Source: an uncultured Deferribacteraceae bacterium
Lineage (GTDB): Bacteria; Chrysiogenota; Deferribacteres; CAMZNJ01
NCBI GenBank assembly: GCA_947313855.1
Contig: CAMZNS010000032.1
Coordinates: forward strand, 1,306-65,305
DNA: 64,000 nucleotides
Direction of reading: 5' to 3'
The notes beneath the pieces are model-generated. The model saw nothing but the letters and a program-made list of their open reading frames with translations. It ran no database searches and had not been told where the DNA came from. Within the stretch, counting starts at the first letter, position 1. Each line of letters starts with the position of its first letter. Positions 38,180 through 47,897 of the stretch are shown piece after piece. A program made the position numbers and the translations under genes.

Positions 38180-40159
38180 TTAGTTAAACGCCCCCGCTGC
38201 TTCGAGTATGCTTACAATGTTCACGCTATTGTACAACCCTGCCACACGCCTTGCTGTAAACCCTGCGTCGTTGGTATGAGTAACGTCGGCACCGTAAACG
38301 AGTAGTTGTTGTACTAGCTGTTGGTTGTTGTTTGTTACCCCCCATATTAGTGGTGAGTCGCCGGCAATGTTGTAGATATTCGGGTTCGCACCATTTTTCA
38401 GCAGTAGGTTGACGATGGTGAGTGAGTCGCGACTTGCGGCTAGTATGAGTGGTGTGTTCCCTTCAACATTTTGTGTGTTCAGGTTGGCACCAGCATCAAC
38501 TAGCATGGACACAATACCGTATTGATCTTGTGCGATTGCGAGGAAGATGGCGGTGTTGCCTGTTTCGTTGTCCACAATATCGGGGGAGGCACCCAACCTT
38601 AGGGCACGCTGTACTTTGGCGATGTTGCCCGTATTGGCACCATCAAACATCATGGCATTGTATTCGGTTAGTTGGCTGTAGTATTCGGAGAGGATATTTT
38701 GTATTACGGGATAGCCGTTCTGTTCAGCAATGTCGTATGCTGTGGAGCGTTCGTTGTTTTGAGTAAGTGGGTTCGGTTTGTTTTCGATAACGAGGCGAAC
38801 CATATCGAGGAACCCATTGGAAGACGCAACCATGAGTGGTGTGTTCCCGTCGGAGTTGACGATGTCGACCATGGCACCGTCGTTGAGTGCTTCACGTGCG
38901 GTGGCAATGCTGTTATTCATTACGGCAAGCATGAGGGGGGTGTTGCCTTGATTGTCTTTTGTTTCGAGGTTGGCACCGTAGTTGACTAACGTACGCATGG
39001 TGAATACGTTGTCGTTGTAGGATGCGAGGGAGAGGGCTGTTCGACCATTGTTGTCCCGTGTTTCGATATCAGTGGAGTAGGAGGCTAGTATGTTTGCTGT
39101 GGCGGAGTTGCCCACACTGGCAGCAATCATGAGGGGGGTACGCCCCTGAGCGTCCACCGTATCTATCTGTGCACCGCTAGCAATGAGCAGGTTAACAATG
39201 TCGGAGTCGCCACGGTATGATGCGTACGCCAAAACGGACATCTCTTGGTTATCCTTGCTGTTGGGGCTAGCACGAAGGCGTAGTAGCATCTCCACAACGT
39301 CTTCATGGGAGTACACAACAGCATACATGAGGGCGGTTTGCCCCCGAGCGTTGGTTCGGAAGATGTCCGCACCCTGTTCGATGAGGAATGTTGCTGTTTC
39401 GTATTGGTTGTTGGCGAGGGCGTACATGAGAGCTGTGTTGCCTAAGGCATCCACGGTGTTGATGCTCAGGGTGGACACCTCGATACTGCGAGCAAGGGCA
39501 TCAAGCTGACCGCGAGACGCCGCATAAAGTAGGGGGCTCTTAGGGGACAAACCAACATCTATGTTGACCAAACTCTTCTCTTGAACCACAGTGTAACGCT
39601 TAGTCAACGTTGCAATACTGTTGGAGTCGTCTAGGTTGCTCTTCATACCCATACGCTCACGCATACTGTAAGCGTTAGCTGAGTCCTCAATGTAGAGGAT
39701 CGTCTGAACGGTGTCGGAACGCTCACCAATGGTTTCACTCGAAGTGAGCACGTTGTCCACAACAACAAGCTTACGAAGCAGGGTTGACTGTGGTATCTGG
39801 TAAATATTGCCGTAATCGAAGTCCACCGCAATCCCGATACGATTAACATCTGTCCCCAAGGCATTGTTGTTGATGAACCACTCACCACGACGACGAACAA
39901 GATCTATGGACACGTCGCGATAACCACGCTTCTCCAAAACAACATGATAGCTGTCGCCAGAGATGCGAACCCATGAAGGGAGTGCCGCAACTTTATTGTT
40001 GATAAAATATTCAGCATTCTTTTTGGATGGTGGCTTGGTAAGGCTTCGAACATCAGACGAAAAATATGAACAAGACGCTATTATGGGCAAAATTAACATC
40101 ACCAAACCCAACTTCAAAAACCTCAACATAACAAGAACCCTCCGCACACGGACACACAA
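38180..40159 (-). CDS. Ankyrin-repeat lipoprotein (about 12 ANK repeats), co-directional with and immediately upstream of flgI
   Basis: The lipobox is LILPIIASC. There are repeated ANK consensus units (G.TALMYA....V..LL..GA..N..D..G.TPL). The likely start is the Met at 40129. Confidence 0.8.
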   Translation of the reverse strand: MCVRVRRVLVMLRFLKLGLVMLILPIIASCSYFSSDVRSLTKPPSKKNAEYFINNKVAALPSWVRISGDSYHVVLEKRGYRDVSIDLVRRRGEWFINNNALGTDVNRIGIAVDFDYGNIYQIPQSTLLRKLVVVDNVLTSSETIGERSDTVQTILYIEDSANAYSMRERMGMKSNLDDSNSIATLTKRYTVVQEKSLVNIDVGLSPKSPLLYAASRGQLDALARSIEVSTLSINTVDALGNTALMYALANNQYETATFLIEQGADIFRTNARGQTALMYAVVYSHEDVVEMLLRLRASPNSKDNQEMSVLAYASYRGDSDIVNLLIASGAQIDTVDAQGRTPLMIAASVGNSATANILASYSTDIETRDNNGRTALSLASYNDNVFTMRTLVNYGANLETKDNQGNTPLMLAVMNNSIATAREALNDGAMVDIVNSDGNTPLMVASSNGFLDMVRLVIENKPNPLTQNNERSTAYDIAEQNGYPVIQNILSEYYSQLTEYNAMMFDGANTGNIAKVQRALRLGASPDIVDNETGNTAIFLAIAQDQYGIVSMLVDAGANLNTQNVEGNTPLILAASRDSLTIVNLLLKNGANPNIYNIAGDSPLIWGVTNNNQQLVQQLLVYGADVTHTNDAGFTARRVAGLYNSVNIVSILEAAGAFN

Positions 40160-40309
40160 CCATGACTAGTAACTCTCCTCTTTCAAGCAATTTCAATACC
40201 AACTCAAACGACAAGAGCAAAAAATACACAAACAAAAAAGGGCAAGCACAGCACAATAATGCTGAACCTACCCTCTTACGTAAACTATTCGAGTTGAAAA
40301 GCTTAAAGC

Positions 40310-41131
40310 CTACTTTTTACTGTTGTGGTGTGCCTCTTCGATAATATTGAGAAGATCACGGGAACCAGACACAACGTTAAACCCAGAGTCAGCATACATA
40401 ACCTCACCAGTGATAGCACTAGCAAGATAACTCGACAAGAATGCCGCTACATTACCAACCTCTTCCTGAGTTACAAGCTTGCGACTTGGTGCAATAACCT
40501 CGAAGGAGCGTAGGAGGGAGTTGAAGTTGCCAACACCGCTAGCAGCAAGGGTTTTGATCGGGCCAGCGGAAATAGCATTAACGCGAATACCCTTGGTGGA
40601 GCCGAGATCGTCGGCAAGGTAGATTACCGATGCTTCGAGGGCTGCTTTCGCAACACCCATAACGTTGTAGGATGGAACAACTTTTTGTGAGCCGTAGTAG
40701 GTTAGTGTTAGGAAGCTGCTCCCCGGCTTCATCATGGGGGAGAAGTGTTGTGCGACGCTAACAAAGGAGTAGCAGCTAATGTCTAGTGCAACTTTGAACG
40801 CATCTCGTGTTGTTTGTGAAAATGGTGCTTTCAGAGCTTCACGTGGGGCATAGGCTACGGAGTGTATTACGATATCCACCTCGCCAAAAACCTCTTTGGT
40901 GAGGGCGGCGGCCTTTTCCACATCGGCGTCTATGCTTAGGTCTGCCTCCGCACATATTTTTGCGTTATATTTTTCTGCAATGGGTTGAACCCTTTTCTCG
41001 AGTTGTGGTATCCCGTAAAACAAGCCTAACTCAGCACCTTCACGATGAAGTGCTTCGGCAATACCTGCCGCTATCGACTTGTCATTTGCAATACCAAAAA
41101 TTACGGCTTTTTTGCCCTTTAATATTCCCAT
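40310..41131 (-). CDS. fabI: Enoyl-[acyl-carrier-protein] reductase (NADH) FabI
   Basis: The Rossmann N-terminus is GKKAVIFGIANDKSIAAGIA. A Y-x6-K catalytic dyad is present (SYNVMGVAKAALE). Confidence 0.9.
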   Translation of the reverse strand: MGILKGKKAVIFGIANDKSIAAGIAEALHREGAELGLFYGIPQLEKRVQPIAEKYNAKICAEADLSIDADVEKAAALTKEVFGEVDIVIHSVAYAPREALKAPFSQTTRDAFKVALDISCYSFVSVAQHFSPMMKPGSSFLTLTYYGSQKVVPSYNVMGVAKAALEASVIYLADDLGSTKGIRVNAISAGPIKTLAASGVGNFNSLLRSFEVIAPSRKLVTQEEVGNVAAFLSSYLASAITGEVMYADSGFNVVSGSRDLLNIIEEAHHNSKK

Positions 41132-41288
41132 AACTAAAACCTCTAAAACATATTACTTTGAATACCCTAATAACTAACACAAAAGCATATACTTTTGCAA
41201 CATACAATTAACGTAAAAAGAACAAATATTAAAAAAACGTCGAACTTAGCATGCAGAAACGTACTCAAAACCATGGCAACTGCCCTAT

Positions 41289-42689
41289 TTATAGGCTGTC
41301 GATTAGTTGAACCAAGTTCCTTACATATTTAATGCTAACATGTTTAACCGACTTTGTGAACTCTAACCTTTCCGATCCCACAATACTCGTTACCCCAAAC
41401 TTCTCAGCTTCGCTGAGTCGACTGTTGACGTTGGTGACCGACGATATTTCGCCACTCAAACCAACCTCCCCCAAAAAGGAGTATTGAGAGCTGATGGGCT
41501 TGTCTTTAACCGAAGAGAGGATCGCCGCACATATGGCCAGATCGCCACCAGGATCGTTGACGCGAAGCCCCCCAGCAATATTTAAATAAACGTCGTAGGT
41601 GCTCAGATTGATGTTGCAGTATTTGTCGAGCACGGCCATGAGCATATCCAACCGACGTGCATCAAAGCCTACTGTTGTGCGTTTGGGGTATTGGTAGTAG
41701 GTGGTGGACACCAACGCCTGAACCTCAACCAAAAATGAGCGTGTCCCCTCCATAATGGGCGTGATGACCTTACCCGGCATGGGGGTATCGAGGTTTGATA
41801 CAAACATGGACGCATCAGCACTTTTGAGACCTTGGGAGCTCATCTCGAAAACACCCACCTCATCCGTACTGCCAAACCTGTTTTTCACCGCCCGAAGGAT
41901 ACGAAGCCCACGGTTGTGATCCCCTTCAAAGTAGAGCACCGTGTCCACCAGATGCTCCAAAACCTTGGGGCCAGCAACAGCACCATCTTTCGTAACCTGT
42001 CCGATGAGGAACAGGGTAATATTTTTGCGTTTTGCAATCTCCATCATCTGATAGGCTATGTGTTTCACTTGTGTAACGGTGCCTGCCGCTGAGCTCAGGT
42101 TGGAAGACGACACCGATTGCACGGAATCAACTATGGCATACCGGTATGTGCCACTCTCCAAATGGGAGATGGCCTGCTCGATGTCCATGGTGGCGAGGAC
42201 GCTAATGTTCTTGCTTGTGGCGTTGAGTCGCTCAGCACGATTTTTAATCTGCGATGGAGATTCCTCCCCGGAGATGTAGAGAACACCGTGACCTGCTTCT
42301 GCTAAAATCGACGCCACCATGAGAATAATGGTGGATTTGCCGATACCGGGTTCGCCACCGATGAGGGTAACGGAGCCTTGAACGATACCACCACCCAGCA
42401 CAGTGTCAAACTCGCGTATGCCTGTCATGAAGCGACTGAATTCGCCACGGGTTTCTATCTCGTCAAACTTCTTGGGCACAAGGGTGCTGATGGCGTAGCC
42501 ACTACCCATCCCTAGCCCCCCTATCCCCCCCATGGAGTTGCCTGCCATGGTGGAAGATTTTTTGGCGGCGACCACCACAGGTTCTTGCGGGATGGTGTTC
42601 CACTCGCCACAGTCGGGGCATTTGCCTGCCCATTTTGGAAACTCACCACCACAGCTGGAGCATATGTATCTTTGTTTCGGTTTTGCCAT
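41289..42689 (-). CDS. radA: DNA repair protein RadA/Sms
   Basis: The N-terminal zinc finger is CSSCGGEFPKWAGKCPDCGEWNT. Walker A is GGEPGIGKST. A KNRFG motif is present. A Lon-like C-terminal domain is present. Confidence 0.95.
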   Translation of the reverse strand: MAKPKQRYICSSCGGEFPKWAGKCPDCGEWNTIPQEPVVVAAKKSSTMAGNSMGGIGGLGMGSGYAISTLVPKKFDEIETRGEFSRFMTGIREFDTVLGGGIVQGSVTLIGGEPGIGKSTIILMVASILAEAGHGVLYISGEESPSQIKNRAERLNATSKNISVLATMDIEQAISHLESGTYRYAIVDSVQSVSSSNLSSAAGTVTQVKHIAYQMMEIAKRKNITLFLIGQVTKDGAVAGPKVLEHLVDTVLYFEGDHNRGLRILRAVKNRFGSTDEVGVFEMSSQGLKSADASMFVSNLDTPMPGKVITPIMEGTRSFLVEVQALVSTTYYQYPKRTTVGFDARRLDMLMAVLDKYCNINLSTYDVYLNIAGGLRVNDPGGDLAICAAILSSVKDKPISSQYSFLGEVGLSGEISSVTNVNSRLSEAEKFGVTSIVGSERLEFTKSVKHVSIKYVRNLVQLIDSL

Positions 42690-42758
42690 TATAATTCTAC
42701 CTAGTTAATAATTTGAGTTCGACCATATGAAAACACGCCTGAATAACTCTAAAGACAC

Positions 42759-43574
42759 TTACAAACCGCTGAGCAACTCCACAACATCCCCTAACCCCTT
42801 GCGGTTCCGCTTCTCCACCAAAAACTGCACAAAACCTAAGGGATCGTAGTTGTATATTTTGTCTTCACGAATACCCGCACCAAGGGCAAGGGCAAGGGCT
42901 TCATCCACAATACCAACCTGAGACGAGTGGTGTGCATCAGAGGACAAAACAACATGCATGTCTAACTGTGCAGCAATGGTTGCAATGAGCCCACAGTTCG
43001 GCTTGCTCCCCAACCTCGATCGCACCAAGGAGCTGTTGTTTATCTCCACCAACACATTATTCGCCTTCGCCACCTCCATAACCCGAAAGTAGTCGCAGCT
43101 GTAGTGGGGATTGCCAAGGTGACCAAGAATATCCACCCTGCCACTTTGGACAACGTCCATGAGTGTTTGGGTAATGTTGGCGGGATCGGATTGTGGGTAA
43201 ACAGCATCATGGAGGGACGCAACAACAACGTCCAGACGTTCATTCACAGCGTCGGGGATGTCGATGGGCACCCCCCCCTTTTTCACAGGCATAATATTCG
43301 CCTCAACACCGCGAAGGATGATGACACCCTCCTGAACCCTCGGACAAGTGGATTGATTGCTAATGCCGTAAATATGAGCACCACCAGGCATTTCAGGGGC
43401 ATGCTCTGTGGAAACAATAACCTGAACACCCAAACTACTTGCTGCCCGTGCATTCTCCCACAAAGTGGAGTAGGCATGGGTACTGAGAACCGTATGGGTG
43501 TGCGTATCCAGAAGATTGCGACGCCCCTGAGATGTGCTTCCTAAGCTTCCTATGTTTTCCATAATAACTGCCAC
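42759..43574 (-). CDS. PHP-domain metal-dependent phosphoesterase (YcdX/histidinol-phosphatase-like)
   Basis: The N-terminal motif is DTHTHTVLSTHAYS. PHP-fold His/Asp/Glu residues are distributed through the protein. Confidence 0.7.
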   Translation of the reverse strand: MAVIMENIGSLGSTSQGRRNLLDTHTHTVLSTHAYSTLWENARAASSLGVQVIVSTEHAPEMPGGAHIYGISNQSTCPRVQEGVIILRGVEANIMPVKKGGVPIDIPDAVNERLDVVVASLHDAVYPQSDPANITQTLMDVVQSGRVDILGHLGNPHYSCDYFRVMEVAKANNVLVEINNSSLVRSRLGSKPNCGLIATIAAQLDMHVVLSSDAHHSSQVGIVDEALALALGAGIREDKIYNYDPLGFVQFLVEKRNRKGLGDVVELLSGL

Positions 43575-43597
43575 CTCGTATTTGATTTTTTCATTTG

Positions 43598-43731
43598 CAA
43601 CTTACGAACACAACTTACGAACACAACTTACGAACACAACTTACGAACACAACTTACGAACGCGACTTACGAACACAACTTACGAACGCAACTTACGAAC
43701 GCAACTTACGAACGCAACTTACGAACGCGAC
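43598..43731. repeat. Intergenic tandem 13-mer CTTACGAAC(A/G)C(A/G)A, about 10 copies, in the 5' region of the PHP gene and just downstream of ruvB
   Basis: Direct reading. The unit length is not a multiple of 3. Confidence 0.9.
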
Positions 43732-45005
43732 GAAGACGGTGTCCAAGGTACGCCAAGATGTGCATATGCCTGCTCAGTGGCAACCCGTCCACGTGGCGTT
43801 TTATGCACAAAACCTAAATAAATAAGGTAAGGCTCAATAACATACTCCACCGTGACCCTGTCCTCCGAAAGCATGGACGCCATCGTCTCAAGACCCACCG
43901 GTGCCCCTTTATACACCTCTATCATTGCACGCAAATAACCCACATCTGCCGTCGTAAGACCGATGGGATCAACGCCGATACGATTCATACCCTCTTGTGC
44001 GATGGACTTCGTAATCTTGCCACCATTGTAAACGTCGGCAAAATCGCGAATACGATTAAGGGTGCGAAGGGCTATGCGAGGCGTGCCACGTGAACGACTA
44101 CCTATTTCGATAGCAGCATCAGCATCTAAAGTGGCGATACTAGAACTACTCTGAGCAGCATTCAACACGATAGTAGCAAGCTCCTCATGTGTGTAGTACT
44201 CAAGACGCATAATAATGCCAAACCGATCCCGAAGGGGGGAAGTGAGCATACCAGCACGCGTTGTCGCACCAATAAGGGTGAACGGCGGGAGATCCATGGT
44301 AACAGTGCGAGCAGCAGGACCCTGACCGATGATGATGTCCAAACGGTAGTCCTCCATGGCAGGGTAAAGGAGCTCCTCAACCGATGGATGAAGGCGATGG
44401 ATCTCGTCGATAAATAAAACGTCGCCAGCGTTGAGGTTGGTCAAGATGGCCGCCAAGTCGCCCTGCTTTTCGATGGTAGGACCTGTGGTAGTGCGGATTG
44501 TGGTGCCCATTTCGTTGGCGATAATGTTCGCAAGGGTGGTTTTCCCTAACCCTGGGGGACCATAAAACAGTGTGTGATCCAACGGCTTCTCACGCCGACG
44601 CGCTGCTTCGATGTAAACCTTGAGGTTGCCAACAACATGGGACTGACCGATGTACGTGCTGAAACTTTGGGGTCGTGTGCTGATGTGTGCATTTATCGTG
44701 GGATCTGCCCACGTATCATCGGCACCGTCAGCGTCGTAACCAGAGCCGCCAGCATCGTAACCAAAGCCGTCAGCATCGTAACCCGAGCCGTCAGCATCGT
44801 AGCCAGAACCGCCAGCATCGTAACCCGAGCCGCCAGCATCGTAACCAGAACCGCCAGCATCGTAACCCGAGCCGTCAGCATCGTAGCCAGAACCGCCAGC
44901 ATCGTAACCCGAGCCGCCAGCATCGTAACCAGAACCGCCAGCATCGTAACCCGAGCCGTCGCCTTTCGTATCCCTATTCTTTTCCATGGAAGAAGTATAC
45001 CCCAT
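43719..45005 (-). CDS. ruvB: Holliday junction branch-migration helicase RuvB with an N-terminal about 16-copy (GSGYDAG)-type repeat extension
   Basis: The RuvB core has Walker [12 protein letters not shown], the motif [11 protein letters not shown] and sensor motifs. The only in-frame Met codons lie upstream of the repeat array, so the repeats are translated if the gene is intact. Confidence 0.9.
   Translation of the reverse strand: MGYTSSMEKNRDTKGDGSGYDAGGSGYDAGGSGYDAGGSGYDADGSGYDAGGSGYDAGGSGYDAGGSGYDADGSGYDADGFGYDAGGSGYDADGADDTWADPTINAHISTRPQSFSTYIGQSHVVGNLKVYIEAARRREKPLDHTLFYGPPGLGKTTLANIIANEMGTTIRTTTGPTIEKQGDLAAILTNLNAGDVLFIDEIHRLHPSVEELLYPAMEDYRLDIIIGQGPAARTVTMDLPPFTLIGATTRAGMLTSPLRDRFGIIMRLEYYTHEELATIVLNAAQSSSSIATLDADAAIEIGSRSRGTPRIALRTLNRIRDFADVYNGGKITKSIAQEGMNRIGVDPIGLTTADVGYLRAMIEVYKGAPVGLETMASMLSEDRVTVEYVIEPYLIYLGFVHKTPRGRVATEQAYAHLGVPWTPSSSRS
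44722..44960 (-). repeat. In-frame 15-nt tandem repeat (about 16 copies) encoding GSGYDA(G/D)G at the ruvB 5' end
   Basis: Direct reading. The unit length of 15 preserves the frame. Confidence 0.9.
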
Positions 45006-45087
45006 TCCCCCCTATCTTGCAAACCATAAACGAAAAATGGGTTTGAACCCGAAAAATGACGAATTCAAACCCATAATTAAGTGGTAT

Positions 45088-45370
45088 GTTGCTTGCTTGC
45101 GTTACGTTGCTTGCTTGCGTTACGTTGCTTGCTTGCGTTGCTTGCTTGCTTGCTTGCGTTACGTTGCTTGCTTGCGTTGCTTGCTTGCTTGCGTTACGTT
45201 GCTTGCTTGCGTTGCTTGCTTGCTTGCTTGCGTTACGTTGCTTGCTTGCGTTGCTTGCTTGCTTGCTTGCTTGCGTTACGTTGCTTGCTTGCGTTACATT
45301 CCCACCCGCGTTACTTGCTTGCTTGCGTTACGTTGCTTGCTTGCGTTACATTCCCGCCCGCGTTGCCCGC
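45088..45370. repeat. Intergenic tandem array of about 18-mer GTTGCTTGCTTGCGTTAC units with GCTTGC sub-repeat variation, about 280 nt, immediately upstream of ruvB
   Basis: Direct reading. It generates several spurious Leu/Ala/Cys-rich ORFs in the track. Confidence 0.9.
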
Positions 45371-47292
45371 TATGGCTGCGTCACAACACCAGATTCGCTC
45401 GCATCTACTGTGTACAAATCAAGGTAGTCATACAACCAAAATCTCACAGCTGATGCAGTCTGTATTACCGTCTTTTTGCCATTAATATCGTATGAGTAGG
45501 ATGTTACCGACTCACTATCGAGCCTACCAAGGGGGTTACCCACACTATTCGTTGGTCGACCGAAGAACGACAATGAACCGGGATCATCTGTTCCTAATTT
45601 TGCTAGGGCGTCATTAGAGCTTTGCTGAGAGGCATCGTAGTAATCGGTTACAACAAGGTTGAAAAATGTTCCCTTCTCTTTTGGGGATGTAGTCCCAACC
45701 TGTGGTGCTTTCGTGTAGTTAAACACACCCTTAAACGCATCGTTTGCATCAACAGTAATGGAGCGATTGTCCACCTCAGACTGAGCAATTAATATTCTAC
45801 TTGGCGAGGGGCTTAACAGTATCGGTGCATCGTATCCGCAAATATCCACCTTAAGATTAGTTGACTTTGCTATTTGTGGGTCGTAACCAGATTGACCATA
45901 GTGTGGCGAAAGGGGGTTGCTAGTCACGGTGGTTATAACCAAGCTGGAATCGGCATAACACGTGATACCCGCAGCTGTGGACGGCTGAATACCAGAAGTG
46001 GTGCTCGATAACCCTTGATACGGATCAGAGAACGAGTAATTCCCCGTCGATGGCGAAAGGGTGGGTGATGGTGCACCGTATTCATCTGCCGACAACTCGA
46101 AAGAGCTGAAGCTTTGGGATGTGGGATTGTGGACTTTTAACTCCACAAAGTGCACCCTCATTACGTCACCATTGATACCACTTGCAACTGTCGACTTAAA
46201 CTTATCCCGAACAGTAGCTGTAATATCTGTGTTGCTACTATCTTGCACAGTGTAGGAGCATGATGATTCCGCTAGGGGCGACTCGTGCGTAATGTAAGAG
46301 CATGGGTCGAAGCCAATGGAGATGAGTGCCACACCGTTCTCCACAGCATAAACACCAAGGTTGGAAGCAAGGGTCAGACCGCCGTCAGTAAGGTCATTGG
46401 TGGTGGCATTTCGCTGCACATCGGGGATAGCCTTCACACGAAGGTTGCAACCTACGGAATCAGTGTTGCCTGTAACCCCTGGGTATGGGGAGCACAGGGA
46501 GTAGAGTCCGGAGTATTGTTCCGTGTCGAACAGTATTTTTGAGAAGAATTCTTCGTAAGCGGTACTTGTTTTGCTGGTCGATGCCGAAAATTGTGGCAGA
46601 AGGGTATTGCTTGACGGCATGTCAAGGGTGCCTGAGTCGTACTTCATGTGAACATCGTAGGAGTTCGGCACCGGATCGCCTGAGTGTGGATCAACATCTT
46701 GTTCAAAGTCGAGCCCTGAGAACTTAACGTCGAACGGTTTGATTGTTGCGTGCGTGCTAGTTAGTGAGTGGGGATCAAATACCTGTTGCCCCCCCTCGTT
46801 CCATGATGCTCGCAACGGGTGTAGTACTAGTGTGTTTAGTTTTCCGGAAACAATCTCAGCGTCAACATTAAACTGTTCATGTAGCTTACCGATGCACAAT
46901 GTAGTGTCGTTCGGGTTAACTCCCCCGCTGTAGGAGGACAGTGTAAATTTGTTCATGCCTTCCGGAACATTTATGGTGCCACTTGCCTTAGCTCCTGAGA
47001 ACCCAGCCGCAAGTTTGGCATTTGGGTCGCGATTGGAGCTGATGGCGATACATCTTGTTTCGGTGGTGATAATTTGAGCAAGGTTACCAGAGTTTGCAAC
47101 TGCCTCTGTTTGTTGAAATTCGAAGAAAACATCAGCTCTCTTCTGCTCAGCTGTTCCACCACAAGCAACAATTACGGTTGTTGTTAGCACCGCAATAGCT
47201 AGTAATGCAATACGTCGCATAAGTCTTACCTCCAAGGGCAAACATAAACATAGATATAGGTCGTTTCCCCACTGTGTATTCTGTAAAATCAA
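45370..47292 (-). CDS. Large putative surface lipoprotein of unknown function
   Basis: The probable start is the Met at 47220. A lipoprotein signal follows (RRIALLAIAVLTTTVIVACGG). The protein is Ser/Thr/Asn-rich with no recognisable domain. Confidence 0.45.
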   Translation of the reverse strand: MILQNTQWGNDLYLCLCLPLEVRLMRRIALLAIAVLTTTVIVACGGTAEQKRADVFFEFQQTEAVANSGNLAQIITTETRCIAISSNRDPNAKLAAGFSGAKASGTINVPEGMNKFTLSSYSGGVNPNDTTLCIGKLHEQFNVDAEIVSGKLNTLVLHPLRASWNEGGQQVFDPHSLTSTHATIKPFDVKFSGLDFEQDVDPHSGDPVPNSYDVHMKYDSGTLDMPSSNTLLPQFSASTSKTSTAYEEFFSKILFDTEQYSGLYSLCSPYPGVTGNTDSVGCNLRVKAIPDVQRNATTNDLTDGGLTLASNLGVYAVENGVALISIGFDPCSYITHESPLAESSCSYTVQDSSNTDITATVRDKFKSTVASGINGDVMRVHFVELKVHNPTSQSFSSFELSADEYGAPSPTLSPSTGNYSFSDPYQGLSSTTSGIQPSTAAGITCYADSSLVITTVTSNPLSPHYGQSGYDPQIAKSTNLKVDICGYDAPILLSPSPSRILIAQSEVDNRSITVDANDAFKGVFNYTKAPQVGTTSPKEKGTFFNLVVTDYYDASQQSSNDALAKLGTDDPGSLSFFGRPTNSVGNPLGRLDSESVTSYSYDINGKKTVIQTASAVRFWLYDYLDLYTVDASESGVVTQP

Positions 47293-47371
47293 TAACTATC
47301 TTACCATATAAGAGTACATTAGTGTATTAAAGTTTACTATTTCTATGGTGTGGGGAGCTAAGTACTCTAAT

Positions 47372-47797
47372 CTACACTTCCACAGAAAGTGCTTCTGACT
47401 GCCATAAACCGTGTAGGTTGCAGTAGCTTGATGCCATGAGGGTGCCTTTTTTGTCTAGGCGAACCTTGAATATGGCGGAAGAATCTGTGTGTGCTGGTCC
47501 ATTGTTGGCACCTTTCAAAGACTCACCATGTGCCGTAAACTCCACTTTGCCAAGCTCGGTAATCATTTTTGTACCTGCTGGTAGGTAGTAAAGTGCTATC
47601 CATGAGATAAAGTGTTCGGTGGTATTTGGGTGTGCAATATCTTTGCCAACGCTTACCTCTACTGTAAAATATTCACCTGACTTGGGATCTGTCAAGAGGG
47701 TGATAACGGGGGCGTGTTTCTCTAGTTTGAAGTCTGCACTCTGAATATGGTTTGTTAATGACATGGCGTTCTCCTTGGGTATTTTTATCGTAGGCAA
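47372..47797 (-). CDS. Superoxide reductase (desulfoferrodoxin/neelaredoxin family)
   Basis: The iron-centre ligand regions are EKHAPVI, HPNTTEHFISWI and CNLHGLW. The likely start is the Met at 47764. Confidence 0.85.
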   Translation of the reverse strand: MPTIKIPKENAMSLTNHIQSADFKLEKHAPVITLLTDPKSGEYFTVEVSVGKDIAHPNTTEHFISWIALYYLPAGTKMITELGKVEFTAHGESLKGANNGPAHTDSSAIFKVRLDKKGTLMASSYCNLHGLWQSEALSVEV

Positions 47798-47897
47798 GAA
47801 ATGTTATGCTCATGTTACTACCCTCCCCCCCAAATAGCAAGGTTTTTCGAAAAAATATAAATAGGTTACCAAGTACGACAATTTTATTTGTGGGGTC

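Noticed and set aside
43534-45485. Multiple ORFs (76-155 aa) with [13 protein letters not shown] repeats, or with RNQSRQH / LLACVTLLACV repeats, flanking and overlapping ruvB
   Set aside because: All are direct translations of the 13-mer, 15-mer and 18-mer tandem arrays in alternative frames or strands. They have no start context and no non-repeat sequence.
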